Positions 48,661 through 61,619 of a DNA stretch of 64,000 nt are shown piece by piece (positions within the stretch are counted from its first letter, which is position 1; the number at the start of each line of letters is the position of its first letter). The DNA comes from Hydrolagus colliei (Eukaryota), in contig CM068775.1 in NCBI GenBank assembly GCA_035084275.1, forward strand, positions 806,001-870,000, read 5' to 3'. The notes beneath the pieces were generated by a model, which worked only from the letters and a program-made list of their open reading frames with translations, was not told the origin of the DNA and searched no databases. A program made the position numbers and the translations under genes.

Positions 48661-50431
48661 ATGTTGCCGAGAGTCTGTATCGGTCTGTGTTGTTTGATGG
48701 TTGAGTTGATTCAGGGTCGAGAATTGGGTTGGTTTAGTGCAAGTGAAGAGATGGAGATATCTGTCTGTCGATGCTGGTTGAGTGCTGGACTTGGCTCAGT
48801 GAAGTTGACTCTACTCAGTCTCTGCCAGGGTTGGGTTGGAACAGTTGGTATGGCTGGAAAAAAAAGAAACCGATAATAATTTGGTCGCTTCAAACAATGA
48901 CTGTTTGTGGGGAGATCAATATATGAAGACAGACTGTAAGAGCTTTACCAAGTACTGGAACTCCTCGCTGTACATCATCCTGATATACATTGTTTCGATT
49001 ATAAATTGTTGATCAATTAATAAATAGTTAGAAAGTATAATTCAAAAATTTGATTTTCAAATTATTTGTATCTGCAGATGTCAATCAGGGGGAGCATGTA
49101 GAGTGTGAAGAGGAGGGGACCAAGGACCGAGCACTGAGCAATGCTGCACGAGATATTAGAATCATTTCCCAAAGTATTCACTGTCTGCTGGGTGAGGAAG
49201 GCCGTGTGCCTGACCGCCTGACAGGCACATGTTACCCTTATTGTTTTTGTTGTTAATATTATTGCTTTTGTTGTTTATTGTTGTCATTTGATTCCCCTCT
49301 TCTTCCCTCATTCCCTTTCCCCCCTTTCCCTCCCTCCATCTTCTACCTTACCCCCCTTCCTCCCTGATTTGAACCCGTCACCATCTTTGCTGCCCTCTCC
49401 CACATTAACTTATTTTCCCCCTTTCTACCCGGGCCCCACTTCCACTATTTGTGGGCCACAGCTGTGCGCTATTTGGCTGCCGCATTTCTCCCACAAATAT
49501 AGTAAATTTTCCTACTTTCCTTCCTCCATCCACGACCCCTCTCCCTCTGCTCTGGTCCCTACCTCTTTTCCTCCCTTTCTTCCTTCTTTTCTTCTCCCAC
49601 CCCACTGCTCTGGTCCCAAACTTGCGATGCTGTTGTAATTTATGAAGCACTTTGAGATGTCGATAAGATGTGGAAAGCGCAATGTATATGTAAGGATTAT
49701 TACTGTTATTATTATTATTATAGGGATGGAGTCAGTCTGAATGACAATCCATTTATTTTTCAGGACAAACCATGGGTCAAGGAGTCGTTGGAAACATATG
49801 TTTCCACTCATACATCCAATGAGGTGAGAATAATAATTTACTATTATACATCACCTATCGCATTGTCAAGAAATGTCAAGGATATACTGTGAAGTGTAGT
49901 GATGGTATTTTTGAGAGAAACGTGACAATGAGTTGTACGTAGAGGTTTCCCAGAAACATCATTCAGGAAACATGTTTGACTTTGCCAATTTCCTGCTCGC
50001 TTGACTTTCCAACTCTTCGTAGCTCTGCAGCTCATGTCCTATCCGGCGCCAAGCTCCACAAACTGATCACTCACATCCTTGCCCATCTTCACAGGCTTCG
50101 TTCAAAACAATGTTCTCACCTTCAAAGCTCCCCATGGTCTTGCTGCTCCCTACCTCTGATCAATTAGTCCCAAATTAGTCTGTCCGCTTCCTCTGCTCGG
50201 TGCACACCAGCCTACTTCAGATCCCAAGGACTTGCTGCCCCACCCTCAATACTCAAGCATTCAGTACCTCTGCCCCCACATTGTGGATCTTTATCCCACA
50301 ATCCCTCCACTTTACTCCCGCTCTTCCTTCTTCAAATCCCTTGTAAAGAATATCCATTCCAACCATGCCTGAGCTGCGGGATCCAATCAATAAAGAGCAG
50401 GTTGGGGGGAACACAAAGTAGGCTTGTGCCC

Positions 50432-50620
50432 ACTAGGGTCCGGTGATATATCGATATATCGCTAAAACCTGAGATAGTTTTCATATCGATACGCCGATAT
50501 AGGCATTTCAAAAATATCGATAGGTAAAAATCGGAATGCGCGCACACTGAACTACAAGACCCAGAATGCTCATCTCTATACACAATGGACAGACCGAGGT
50601 GCAAAGCCGCCATATTGTAT
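50432..50620 (+). mobile_element. Possible hAT-type DNA transposon end
   Basis: TAGGG start followed by repeated TATCGAT/GATAT subterminal motifs; no matching second TIR found. Confidence 0.35.
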
Positions 50621-50689
50621 TCATAGTCCTAGAATACAATATACAGGTATGCAAGGTGGAGAGAAGGCTGGGGGGTGGTAAGGGGGAGA

Positions 50690-51020
50690 GAGATGGCTGT
50701 GGGGGGTGATAGGGAGAGAGACGGCTGCGGGGGGGGGGAGAGAGAGATGGCTGGGGGGGGGGGGGGTGGAGGGGAGAGACAGCTGGGGGGGGGTGGGGGG
50801 TAGAGAGAGACGGCGAGGGGGTGGGGGGGGGAGAGGGACGGCGGGGGGGTTAGGGGGGGAGAGAGACAGCGGGAGGGGGTGGGGGGAGAGACGGGGTGAC
50901 TGTGATAATATACAGATAGATAGAGATGGGGGGTGGGGGGGATGTGAGAGAGACACAGAGACACAGAGACACAGACAGGAAAACACAGAGATGGAGAGAG
51001 TGAGAGATAGAGAAAGATAT
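50690..51020. repeat. G/GA-rich low complexity
   Basis: Visible; a similar G-rich tract lies at 61130-61395. Confidence 0.8.
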
Positions 51021-51354
51021 TTACCTCCTGAGGAGATAGGCCCGGAATGCGCGCACACCCGGAATTCGCGCGCACTCCGAATGTGCGCGCCGCACTCATG
51101 CGCAGTACGAAAAACCCACACTGTGGGCAACGATAGCTGCCATCCCAGTCAGTGGGAGGCTGGCAAGTCTGTGTCAGGTGGCACTGAGTTCCTGACTGGG
51201 ATACCCAGGGCAGTGATCGGGGAGCGTGTGTGGAGATGTCCCTGACTGAGAGGCTCCTCACACACACAGGAGCGGGGAGGACAATCTTCAGTTAATTTCC
51301 ATTGAAAACACACAGAAACCGCAGAGCAAACTCAACCCTTCCATTCCCCTACAG

Positions 51355-51915
51355 TGGAGAGGACGTACCAAGGCTCTGGAAAGTGAAGGATAGTTAGCAT
51401 CAAGACACTGAGTCCGCACACACGCCTGCTTTGTATTTCAGGAAAAAAGAACCTCTTCCCATCTTGACGTGCAGCTGATGATCACAAAAGACGCTCTTGA
51501 GCATCAGGCCAACGTGGTGAGTATCAGACTGAGAGACTCATCCAGTTACAGCGAGGCCGGGTTTGTAGCTTTGACATTTTCCAGCCCGATCCTGCAATGT
51601 CTTCACACAAATACAACAGCCGTGTCTTTGTCGGCAGCTAATCCTCTCCTATCTGTCTCTTTCCCGGGTCAAGAGCATCTCCGCGGAGAGGAACGAGGCC
51701 AGGAACAGGTAAGACTTTTGCTATTTCCAAGATTTCCACAAACTCCCACAAAATCTGTGATTCAGATCTCTATTGCCGCATAGTCCAATGTGAGTGTCAT
51801 TGTGCAGAAGTACAAGTTGTTGTTGTTTGTTAGGCTCAGGAAACACCAGGAAGAGCTGGTTGCGGAGGAGGAGGAGGAGGAAGTTGTCGATGTGGATGTC
51901 CAAGCAGTGACCTAG
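51355..51915 (+). pseudogene. Unknown multi-exon gene, copy A, last four exons
   Basis: Exons 51355-51382, 51442-51516, 51668-51708 (acceptor mutated to cgg), 51834/51840-51915; frame GEDVPRLWK|EKRTSSHLDVQLMITKDALEHQANV|VKSISAERNEARN|R..KHQEELVAEEEEEEVVDVDVQAVT*. Confidence 0.55.
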
Positions 51916-53646
51916 GTGTCTTGTTCGTCCTTCAACTGTCTTTCCTCCCCCACATCCAAGCAACCACTGGCTCTGCCTTTCCCCATCTCCGCAATATTGC
52001 CCAACTCCGCCACTAAATCACACCCAAAGCCACTGAAATGCTCATTCACACTTTCATTACATCCCAGCTCGACTGCAAACGCCCTGCTGGTCAGCCTTCC
52101 CAATTGCTCCCCCCACAGGCTGCAGATAATCCAAAACTCTGTGGCCTGTGACCTCTACCATTTCAAACTCTGTGACACCATCCTTGCCCGACTCCACTGA
52201 CTCCCCAACATTCAGAGGATCCAATTAAATATCCTGGTCCTCACATTTCAAGCCCTCCACAACCTCGCCCCATCCTACATCTGTGGTCTCCCCATACCAA
52301 CCTGCCCGCCTCCTATACATGCCCACCCTCTCCGCTCAGCAGGCTCTTGGCTGCTCCATGTCCCCCGACCCACCCGCCCCACCATTGGCACGCAAGCCTT
52401 CAGTCACTCTGCTGGGAACCTCTGGAAGTCCGTCCCACAGTCCCTCTGCCTTGCCTCCTCCCTGACCTCCTTCAAGTCCTGCCTCAAGACTCTCTGCTTC
52501 AATGGACCCATCGTCAACTCCTAATCCCCTCTTCCCTCCCCACCCTCTGTACTAAGCTTAGGTCTGAAGCGGTAACTGAGCAGCACCTTGGGACTTCCTC
52601 CTGGCGTGAAAGGCGCCACACAAGTGTAATTTTGTTTTTTTTGTTGATGAGTGAGGGTGGCCAAGCTATGGCTCTGTATAACTATGTAAGTGATGGGCTG
52701 GAGGATTGGGCGCTTTAAACCAACATAGACGGTGGCGGCCAGCGACATCCCAGGCACATTCAGCCCAGCACAAGGTCCCACTCATACACTCCCTGTCACT
52801 TATCACCTCACTGTCAGGTATCTGGATAACAATTATTATAATAATGATCCTTCTATTTGATAGAGCATCTTATCAAGTCATGCAGAATTCTCAAAGCATT
52901 TAACCGGAGATACATTAAACTGTTTCCCAAAGTAATCTCACTGTCGTCCGTGCATTGGGACATCACCCTGACGGGAATGGCACTATATACATATCATTTC
53001 ATGTTGTTATAGTTTTCTGAGAGAGGAGGGCCATGTGTCTGACAACCTGACTTGGAGCCAGGCTGAATGACAATCAACTTCTTTCTCAGGACACAGAAAT
53101 AATATTGAAACGGGGTATGGAATTCCTATGTTCCCACCCCTCCAGTCAGCAAATAATAATAATAATTGTATTTGATGCAGTGGCTGATCATGTTGTCCAG
53201 ATGTCTCAAATCACCTCACTGGAGATAGTGTAAAGTGCAGTGACTCTGTATTTTATGGACGAAACACGACAGCCAGTGTACAAAGCAGTGTCACACGAAT
53301 AGCTGAGGAGTGAGTGGGAATGGTAATTGGGAGATGTGGATCCACGTTCATCTCGTACACAACCATCTTGAAGAACAGCTTCACTTGGGACTCCCCCTTT
53401 GGCATCCAGCGCATGGCATTTCCCGATCTGACTGCACTGCTGGACACTACCATCCCAGTCAATGTGAGGGAGGTGCCAAGTCTGTGTCAGGTGGCATGGA
53501 GCTCCTGACTTTGATGCCCATGATAGTGACTGGGGAGTGTGGAGATGTCCCTGATCTGAGAGTTCCTGTTCCAGACATTCTCTAGTTAATTCCCAGCAAA
53601 AACTCAGAAACTGCACAGCCAATTGACTCTCTCACTCTCCCTGCAG

Positions 53647-54305
53647 TGGAGAGGACATCCCAAGTCTTTGGATAGTTAAGGATAGTTAGAATGAAGACAC
53701 CGAGTCTGCAAGCACTAACAATAGGTTTATATTTCAGGAGAAAGGTCTATCTTCCCCTCTCAACCCGGTGGTGGTGATGCCACAAGAGGCTCAAGAGGAG
53801 CCTCAAGCCAACCTGGTGAGTGTCAGACCCAGATACTCACCGAGTTACAGTGTGGCCAGGTTTGGAGAGTTGACATTCTCCCACCCAATCTTGCAATTTC
53901 TGCAGAGAGACATGGCCTTGTTGGCAGCTAATCCTCTCCTTTCTGTCTCCTTTCTAGATCAACTGCAATACAATGCAGAGGGATAAGCAGTGGAGCAGGT
54001 AATATTTTGCTATGTCCCCAGTCTTCGAAAACTCCCCCCAAATCCCTTTATGTCAGACCTTCTCTTTCTGCTTTTAAATTTCTCTCAGAATCTAATCACT
54101 TTGGCTGTTCCTTTAGTTGCCATCCTCAAACCATGCCCTTCTCCCGGCCACTCCTAGATCTGTGTTAAGTTCTTTATGACCTGCTTCCAACTTGAAGAGC
54201 TCCGTTTAAAAGGGCAAGTTGTCATTGTTCGTTTCACTCAGGGATCATCAGGATGGGCTGGTACCAAAGGAGGTGGTGGAGGTCGTTGACCCAGAGAATC
54301 AGTGA
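53647..54305 (+). other. Unknown multi-exon gene, copy B, last four exons
   Basis: Exons 53647-53674, 53738-53815, 53958-53998, 54242-54305, all with ag/gt ends; frame GEDIPSLWI|EKGLSSPLNPVVVMPQEAQEEPQANL|INCNTMQRDKQWS|RDHQDGLVPKEVVEVVDPENQ*. Confidence 0.55.
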
Positions 54306-55076
54306 GCGCAGGCCAACGAGATGCTTTGTAATTGATGGGCCGAGGGAGCGGGCACTTTACATGGCTGCGTGGATGGTGTTGGCCAGTAACATCCCAGTCA
54401 AGTCCAGCGCAGAATCACATGCCACCCGTCCATTCCCTGTCACCTGTCGCCTCATTGGCAGGAGTCTGGATTATTATTAAACTAATATTCATTCCATTTG
54501 ATAGTGTCTTGTCATCTCATTCAGACTCTCAAACCGTGTCACTAGAGATACTGTAAAGTATCCCCAATGTAATCTCACTGTCTACCATGTGTTGGGATAT
54601 TTACCCGAAGTGAAAGGCGCTCTACAGATGATATTTGTTGTTGTTATATTCTGCTGGGTGAGGAGGGCCATGTGACTGGGAGCCAGGCTGAAAGACAATC
54701 CAATTCTTTCTCAGGAGGAACAAAAAAATGATAAACCGGTGTATGGGATTTCTACTTTCCAACCCTTCCAAATCAGCTGACATATGATACAGTGGCTGAT
54801 CATAATGTCCAGTCGTCACAAAGCGGCCCAACGGAGATATTGTAAAGGGTAGTGACTGTTTAGTTTGTGGATGAAACGTGGCAACATCTGCAACATCAGT
54901 GTCCCACATAGAGTCGAGGAGACAGTCATTGGGAGACGTGGATCCACATCATCACTGGGGCATGTGCCTGAACCCCAGCTTCAATTAGGACTCCCACACC
55001 GGCCTCCATCATATGGCAATCTGGCTGCACTGCTTGACACCAATTGAAGGATTATGCTTATCCCTATGCCCTTATA

Positions 55077-55218
55077 TGTAGATGTAACGGTTATAGCACC
55101 CTCTCCTGGCCACTGTTGTAGCACATGGAATTACATGGAATGTAGCCATCTTAATAAAAGCCGTCTTACATGAAAGTCCATCCCTCCATGGTCTCGCTTT
55201 TATATCTCAAACATAACA
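55077..55218 (+). mobile_element. Short 5' LTR of a Mag-type Gypsy (start approximate)
   Basis: TG...CA, AATAAA 55153-55158, followed by TGATGG of the PBS. Confidence 0.6.
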
Positions 55219-55224
55219 TGATGG
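55207..55224 (+). repeat. Left target-site duplication of the Tx1 element
   Basis: TCAAACATAACATGATGG, identical to 59755-59772. Confidence 0.9.
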
Positions 55225-55273
55225 AATAACACAAATAACACAAAGCCGGGAGGTTGGGAGACAGGAAGGGAGA

Positions 55274-55804
55274 ATGGAGCTGGGGGAAGGGAAAGGACAG
55301 GACGAGGAACTGGGTAGGGAAGTTTTGGGGGTGGTCGAGATACCTTTGGAGAGGAGGGAGTGTGAGTCAGGACGCACCAGTGGGGAGGAAATGGACACTT
55401 TGGACAATTCCAAACGGGAAAAAGAAACCTGGCATGTAGCCAGGAAACGTAGCCGGAAAAATAAGGGGATACAACCCAAAGGAAGAGGCTATGATAGCGA
55501 CAGTGACGGAGGGAAGAGGAGGGAGAAAGGAGGGGGAAAGGAGGATGGATCCCCTGCCCCCCCAAAAAAGAGGCACCTAATGGAGGTAGTGGAAAGAACC
55601 TCAAATAAAGAGACAAAAGGGACAGAAAAAGGAGAGGAACTTGGGAGGACTCCAGGATCTGGACCCAAATCAGGAAAGACACCGCCGGGGCAGGAGACGG
55701 AAAAGAGGACCAACACCATGACCAAGACGGGTAACAATCCCGGAGGAGATGGAGATGGTAAAGGACGGGAGCAGATGGAAGAGGGGGAAAACGGGCAAGT
55801 ATAA
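55274..55804 (+). pseudogene. Tx1 ORF1 C-terminal remnant
   Basis: Low-complexity charged ORF ending 9 nt before the ORF2 ATG. Confidence 0.6.
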
Positions 55805-55813
55805 ATTATGTAA

Positions 55814-58800
55814 ATGGCACTGCGGATAGGTTCCCTGAATGTACGTAGCGTTAAAAATTCCAAGCGCTGCGTAGCGACGCTTCAGTGCCTGTCCAGAGTC
55901 AAGGCCGATATTCTGTTTCTGCAGGAGTGCTGGATTCCACACTCCAACAGTTACAGAACTTGGGCAAAGTGGTGGGACCCCTATGGACCCTCTGTGTGGT
56001 CAGGGGGAAATGACTCCCCTAGATCTGGTGTGGCGGTCCTACTGAGAGGGAAAAACCTCACCATCACTGACTATAAGGAGGTGGTGGGGGGCAGAATCCT
56101 CGTGGTGGATGTGATGTACAATGAAGCCCCGATTAGGCTCATTAATGTGTACGCTCCATCAAAGAGTAAGGACCGGGTGGCCCTTTTCCGGATGCTACCT
56201 CCCTGGCTGCTTACACCCAAGCCAGTCATCCTGGGAGGAGATTTTAATTGTATTCTGGAGAGAGACGGGAGATCAAACAGATCTCATGGGAAGTTATGGG
56301 CTTCGTCCAAGCTGCTTCAAAAAGTGGTTGCAGATGGACGTTTGTGTGACGTTTTCAAGGCTCCAGATGATGGGGCCCCCAAACGATTCACCTATTCTAA
56401 CCCCAGTGGGTCGGTCTTCTCACGAATAGATTTTCTATTCGTATCGAGAAGACTAGAAGTGGCTAAGGCTGAAGTGCGGCCGGCGTCCCTTACCGACCAT
56501 CGCCTCCTGCTGACGAGCTTACTAGTTCACGGAAGCACGAGGAGGGGTCGAGGGACGTGGAAGCTGAACGTGAAGCTTTTGACCCGTAAGAATGTAGAGG
56601 AGTTGCGGAAGGAGTACCGAGGGTGGAAAACCTTGAGGGACTTCTGTGACTCCTCTACAGAATGGTGGGAAATGGTGAAGAGTCGAATCAAAGAATTCTT
56701 TGTCCGAAAAGGGGTTCAATTGGCAAAGGCCACGAACCGGGAAAGAGAGAGACTGCAGAAGGAGTTGCAAAAGCTCCTAAAGCAGCAGCTAGAAGGTATA
56801 GATGTTAGGGAGGCAATTAAAGAGGTGAGAGACCAGCAAGGAGTGCTGCTCGCCTCAGAAGCCTCCAAGATCTTTTTCCGCTCCAGAGTGCGCACGATAG
56901 AACGAGACGAGAAGTGTACCAGCTTCTTCTTCCGGAAAGTGAACAGAGGTAGCTCTGTGATTTCCAGGTTGAAGGAGGGAGACGACTCTGTGTGCACAGA
57001 ACAGGAAGACATGAGGAGGATCGCAAGATCCTTCTATGAGGACCTGTATTGCGAGAAAGCCACGGAGAGCATGGCCACTCGGGATTTTCTCTCTGCCCTC
57101 ACTGAAGTGGTGGACGAGGGGAGTCGAGAACATCTGGATCGACCGCTCTCGATTGAAGAGCTGACCAAGACGGTAAGCTCCCTCATGACTGGTAAGACCC
57201 CGGGGAGCGGTGGCCTCCCGGTGGAACTGTACTTAGTCCTGTGGGACGTGATCGGACCGGTCCTCCTGGAAATGTACGAGAGTATGCTTCAAGAAGGAAC
57301 CATGGCTGACTCGATGCGGAAAGGTAACATCACCTTGATTTATAAAGAGAAAGGCAAGAAGGCAGATTTAAAGAACTGCAGACCTATATCTCTACTAAAT
57401 GTGGACTATAAGATCTTAGCCAAGGTGATCTCAGAGAGGATGAAGACTGTAATGGAGCAGGTAATTCACCCCGATCAGACCTGCGCGGTGCCAGGCCGGA
57501 GGATCTCTGACAACCTTGTGTTGTTAAGGGATACCATCGCCTACGTGCAGGAGAGAGGGGGGAAGACCTGCCTCATCAGTCTGGACCAAGAGAAAGCTTT
57601 TGACCGAGTATCTCATGACTACATGTATGAGGTACTTGCCAAAATGGGTTTCGGACAAAGAATTTGCGATTGGGTCCACCTGCTCTACAGAGATATCTGC
57701 AGTGCAGTGATGGTGAATGGGAACGAAACGCTGCCTTTCCCCGTCAGGTCGGGAGTAAGACAGGGGTGCCCCCTCTCCCCTATCCTGTTTGTCTGTTGCA
57801 TCGAGCCCTTTGCACAGGCAATCAGGAGGGAGCAGAGCATCAAAGGTGTCATCATCCCGGGCAGCCAAGGCATGCAAGCCAAGGTGTCCTTGTATATGGA
57901 TGATGTTACGGTTTTTTGCTCAGATCACCGATCGATTGAGAGCCTGATGGGTATCTGCAATCTTTTTGAAAGGGCTTCGGGTGCCAAAGTGAATCGCCAA
58001 AAAAGTGAGGTGATGTACTTTGGCAACTGGCAAGACCGTGCGAAGATACCTTTTGAGGTAAAACCAGAATACATTAAAATCTTAGGCATCTGGTTTGGGG
58101 CCGCTGGGGCAAGGGGGAAGAACTGGGAGATGGCAATAGCGCGAATTAGGGGACGTTTGAAGCAGTGGCAGGAACGCATGCTTTCAATCACTGGGAAGAA
58201 CCTGGTGATTAGGTGTGAGGCGATCTCTGGATTACTGTATGTGGCGCAAGTTTGGCCCTTGACCAAACGCAGCGCCACCGCAGTCACCAGAGCTATCTTT
58301 AGGTTTGTCTGGGGCTCTGGGATGGATCGTGTCCGCAGGGCAAGACTCCAGACAAAGGAGGGAAGGGTGTCCCTGATGTAGCCCGGACTATCATGGCCAC
58401 CTTTATGTGTGGCTGCGTGAGGGTCTGCCAGGAGCCAAGATATGAAGGCACTGCGTGCAGATATATGCTGGGCTTCTATCTGTACCCAGTGCTAAGAAGG
58501 CTAGGATTGGCTGAGCTGCCACGGAACTCCCCTCTGGGTTGGAATGCCCCGAGGTACCTGGAAGAGATCGAGACATTCCTATCCGAGAACAGGGTGGATC
58601 CCTCTGAAGTTCCCAGGTGGACACCAAGGACGGTGTTAGACATCATCCGAGAGAGAGAGGTGGACGAAACCTTGGTAGGGTACCCTCCGGCGACCGTTAG
58701 TCACATCTGGGAGAACGTTTCATCCCCAGCTCTGACTAACAAACACCAGGATGTGGCCTGGATGACGGTCAAGCGAGTTCTTGGACTCAAGAGCTTTCTG

Positions 58801-59208
58801 ATTGGAAGAGGCTTAGTGCAGTCCGAAAGTTGCCCTCGGGAGGACTGTGGAGGGAAGGAGAATGAGGAACATCTGTTCCTGCATTGTGCCTTTGCTAATC
58901 AGGTGTGGAACAAGACAGAGTGGCTACTCTCGCGGTTCATCCCGGGAGTCCCTCTGTCAGCCCACTCGGTGTTGTATGGCCTCTTCCCGGGGACACACGA
59001 AGTGACCGACCTACAATGTGCCTGGAGGGTCATCAACTCGGTCAAGCATGGCCTATGGGTCTGCCGCAACCGAGAGACCTCCGGACATGGAAATAGGTCA
59101 GTGGCGGCCTGTTACAGGAGGGCGATGGTAAGTGTCCGGGAATATGTCATCAGGGACGCCCTGGAGATAGGCTCGGTCGAGGCCAAGGATAGGTGGGGCG
59201 TGATCTAG
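55814..59208 (+). pseudogene. Tx1 ORF2 (endonuclease-RT-zinc motif) with one frameshift near 58345
   Basis: SLNVRS, LFLQE, GGDFN, SRID, TDH; GVRQGCPLSP, YMDDV; second frame PDKGGKGVPDVA...CPREDCGGKENEEHLFLHC. Confidence 0.92.
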
Positions 59209-59754
59209 TATGCCACTGCTTAGAACGTCAGGGACACTATACGCAGTGCTTGTGGGGGGCCGCTCGACCTGTAACCAGAGAGTGTCCCCAAGTGAAGGTT
59301 TCCCTTTGTAGATGCCTCTCCCCATAAAGGGGGGAGCATCGGAGTGTTTTCCTAATGTCTGTTTTGGGGTTTTTTGTTTTTTGGCCTACCATCCGGTAAG
59401 GAAAGGATGGTGGAGCTGGGATTAGCCCCTTTGTAACTGCTCCCTGTAAAAAAAGGCAGCAGAGCAGAGAAGCGAGGAGGCCCTGACATAAGGGGATGTG
59501 GGGAATAGGCGTTTTTGTGTCGAGAAGTACAGGGTTTTTTGTTTTATTTTTTCTCCACAAAGACGGTGGAAGGTTTTTTTGTGGGTGTGGTGATGGGGGT
59601 TTTTTTGCGTGGGTACTGAGTCAAGGCCGATGCGGAATGTCACGGGAAAAAGAACTTAGGCGAATTGATGTCACGGGGAAGGTTTAAGAAACAAATCTAT
59701 ATGATTTTAACCAAATTAAATATATATTTGTTTAAAAATAAAAAAAAAAAAAAA

Positions 59755-59772
59755 TCAAACATAACATGATGG
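59755..59772 (+). repeat. Right target-site duplication; overlaps the Gypsy PBS TGATGGCAGCGGT (tRNA-Leu type)
   Basis: Directly after poly(A); the PBS differs from TGGTGGCAGCGGT by one base. Confidence 0.88.
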
Positions 59773-61065
59773 CAGCGGTCCGAAAGTTAAACCCACAACA
59801 TGGACACACATCTGTCGACCCAGATTAATTTGTCAGGCAAGCTTGAGGGTGGAAGTGGACCAAACCAATGTGAATTGTAGCTTAAATGGATCAATCATTT
59901 TGAACATTATCGCATCGCCTCAAGTCTCAATGAAAAAGCTGACAGAAAACAGGTGAGCGCACTCCTATTTTCCATAGGAGATTACACTAATGATATTATA
60001 ATCACTCTCAGAATAGATGAGAAAACTGAAGTTATAGAAGCACTAACTGAACATTATGAAGGCAGAGGTAATGTGATCGTGGAGAGGGTTCGGTTTAACA
60101 GGCGAAAACAAGTGCCAGGCGAATCCATTGATGTTTTCATACAAGATTTGTTTAGACTAGCGGATAACTGTCAATACGGCGAGCTCAAGGACAACTTGAT
60201 CAGAGACAGAATTGTTGTTGGAGTGCTGGATGAAAAATTGTCAGACTCTCTGCAGGCCAAAGCGGACCTGACGCTTGACAAAGCGGTCCATATATGCCGT
60301 CAGTCAGGGGCAAGATATGACAGCCGTGACATTGTCTGTGGTGACATCAGATCCACTAGAATCGATCTTGTCACTAAACGCAAAACTATATCCAACAACA
60401 ACAGCTTAAAGTCAAAACGCAAAACTGCAACCAACGACAACAGCTTAAAGTCGAGCAAACTAATGCAGCAAACACGAGATTCCAAGGCCGATAATTGTCA
60501 ATGGTGTGGCAGACAATGCCATTCACGTCAACAATATCCTACAACAGATGCCATATGTAACAATTGGCAAAAGAAAGGTCATTTCTAGACAGTTTGCCGC
60601 AGTGCTGCATCCAAACGCAAACCCACAAAAGTGCACGAAGTTCAAGACTCACTAGAGGATGACCTTCCATTCTCAGGTGAGGTCGTTGGCAACAATGACT
60701 TTTGGATCTTGCATCTCAGTTGATGGACACTGCACCTGTTTCAAGCTAGACACCGGGGCAACCGTTTCCGTCATCAGTGACACAGAACCCTGGCCAGCTG
60801 GAGTACAACTCAAAGAGACCAGTCAGTCCCTCCGTGGTCCAGGCGGCACCCCACTACCAGTGACGGGAATGCTGACTGCTAAACTGCAGTACCTCCAGAG
60901 GGAGAGTAACTGAGCGACTCTATGTCATTCAAAACCAGAGATGTTCGCTGCTCAGTAAACGAGCATGGGTCGATCTTGGCCTCATCGCAAGAGTAAATGA
61001 GGTGAAGCAGAGTCCAACTCCCAACTTCAAAGCAGAATATGCTGGATGGTTTACTGGCCTAATCT
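59773..61065 (+). mobile_element. Mag/K02A2.6-type Gypsy internal region (gag and protease), truncated
   Basis: RVRFNRRKQVPGESIDVFIQDL...LIRDRIVVG...LTLDKAV, CQWCG...GHF knuckles, FKLDTGATVSVI. Confidence 0.85.
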
Positions 61066-61419
61066 ACCACGTGAGATTCATCCCATGTCCTGAGTCGCCA
61101 AAAGCTTGGCTAAGCTTGGGAAAGTAGAATCGTGGGGAGGGGGGGGGGAGTGGAGGCCAGGCGGTGGAGGGGGGGGTTGGGGGGAGAGGGGGGGGTTGGG
61201 GGGAGGGGGGGGGGGGGTTGGGGGGAGGGGGGGGTTGGAGGGAGGGGGGGGGAGGGGAGGCCAGTGGGGGGACAGGATGGAGGGAGGCCAGGGGGGGGAG
61301 GCCAGGGGGGGGGGAGGCCAGTGGGGGGCGGGATTGGGGGAGAGGCCAGTGGGGGGGGAGGCCGGGGGGGGGGGGGGGGGGTGGAATGGGGGTGGAATCA
61401 AACAACAACAAAAACAACA

Positions 61420-61610
61420 ACAATCAGCAGATGGACAGGAGGTTGAGTGTTTGCTGACGGTGAGGTTGACAGTGTTGAAGGCGGCAGGGAGGCCAAACAG
61501 GAGAAGTGGGCAGAGAGAGCAGCCATTCCCTGTGTTTGCCTGTGGCTGTCTCTCTGTCTCTGGGCGGCCTGGGAACCACGACATTAGACTGACAGACCTG
61601 GATTGCAGGG
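61420..61610 (-). mobile_element. Old L2 RT fragment
   Basis: LLLFGLPAAFNTVNLT resembles L2 LLDLSAAFDTVDH. Confidence 0.5.
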
Positions 61611-61619
61611 ATGTGAACA

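Larger units (their letters stand above)
55225..59754 (+). mobile_element. 5'-truncated L1/Tx1-clade non-LTR retrotransposon
   Basis: ORF1 remnant, ORF2 with APE, RT and cysteine motif, 3' UTR, poly(A) to 59754, 18-bp TSD. Confidence 0.92.

Noticed and set aside
50621-51267. Pro-rich and Gly-rich ORFs (also 61064-61756, 44916-45329, 47389-47784)
   Set aside because: Translations of low-complexity G/C or CT tracts
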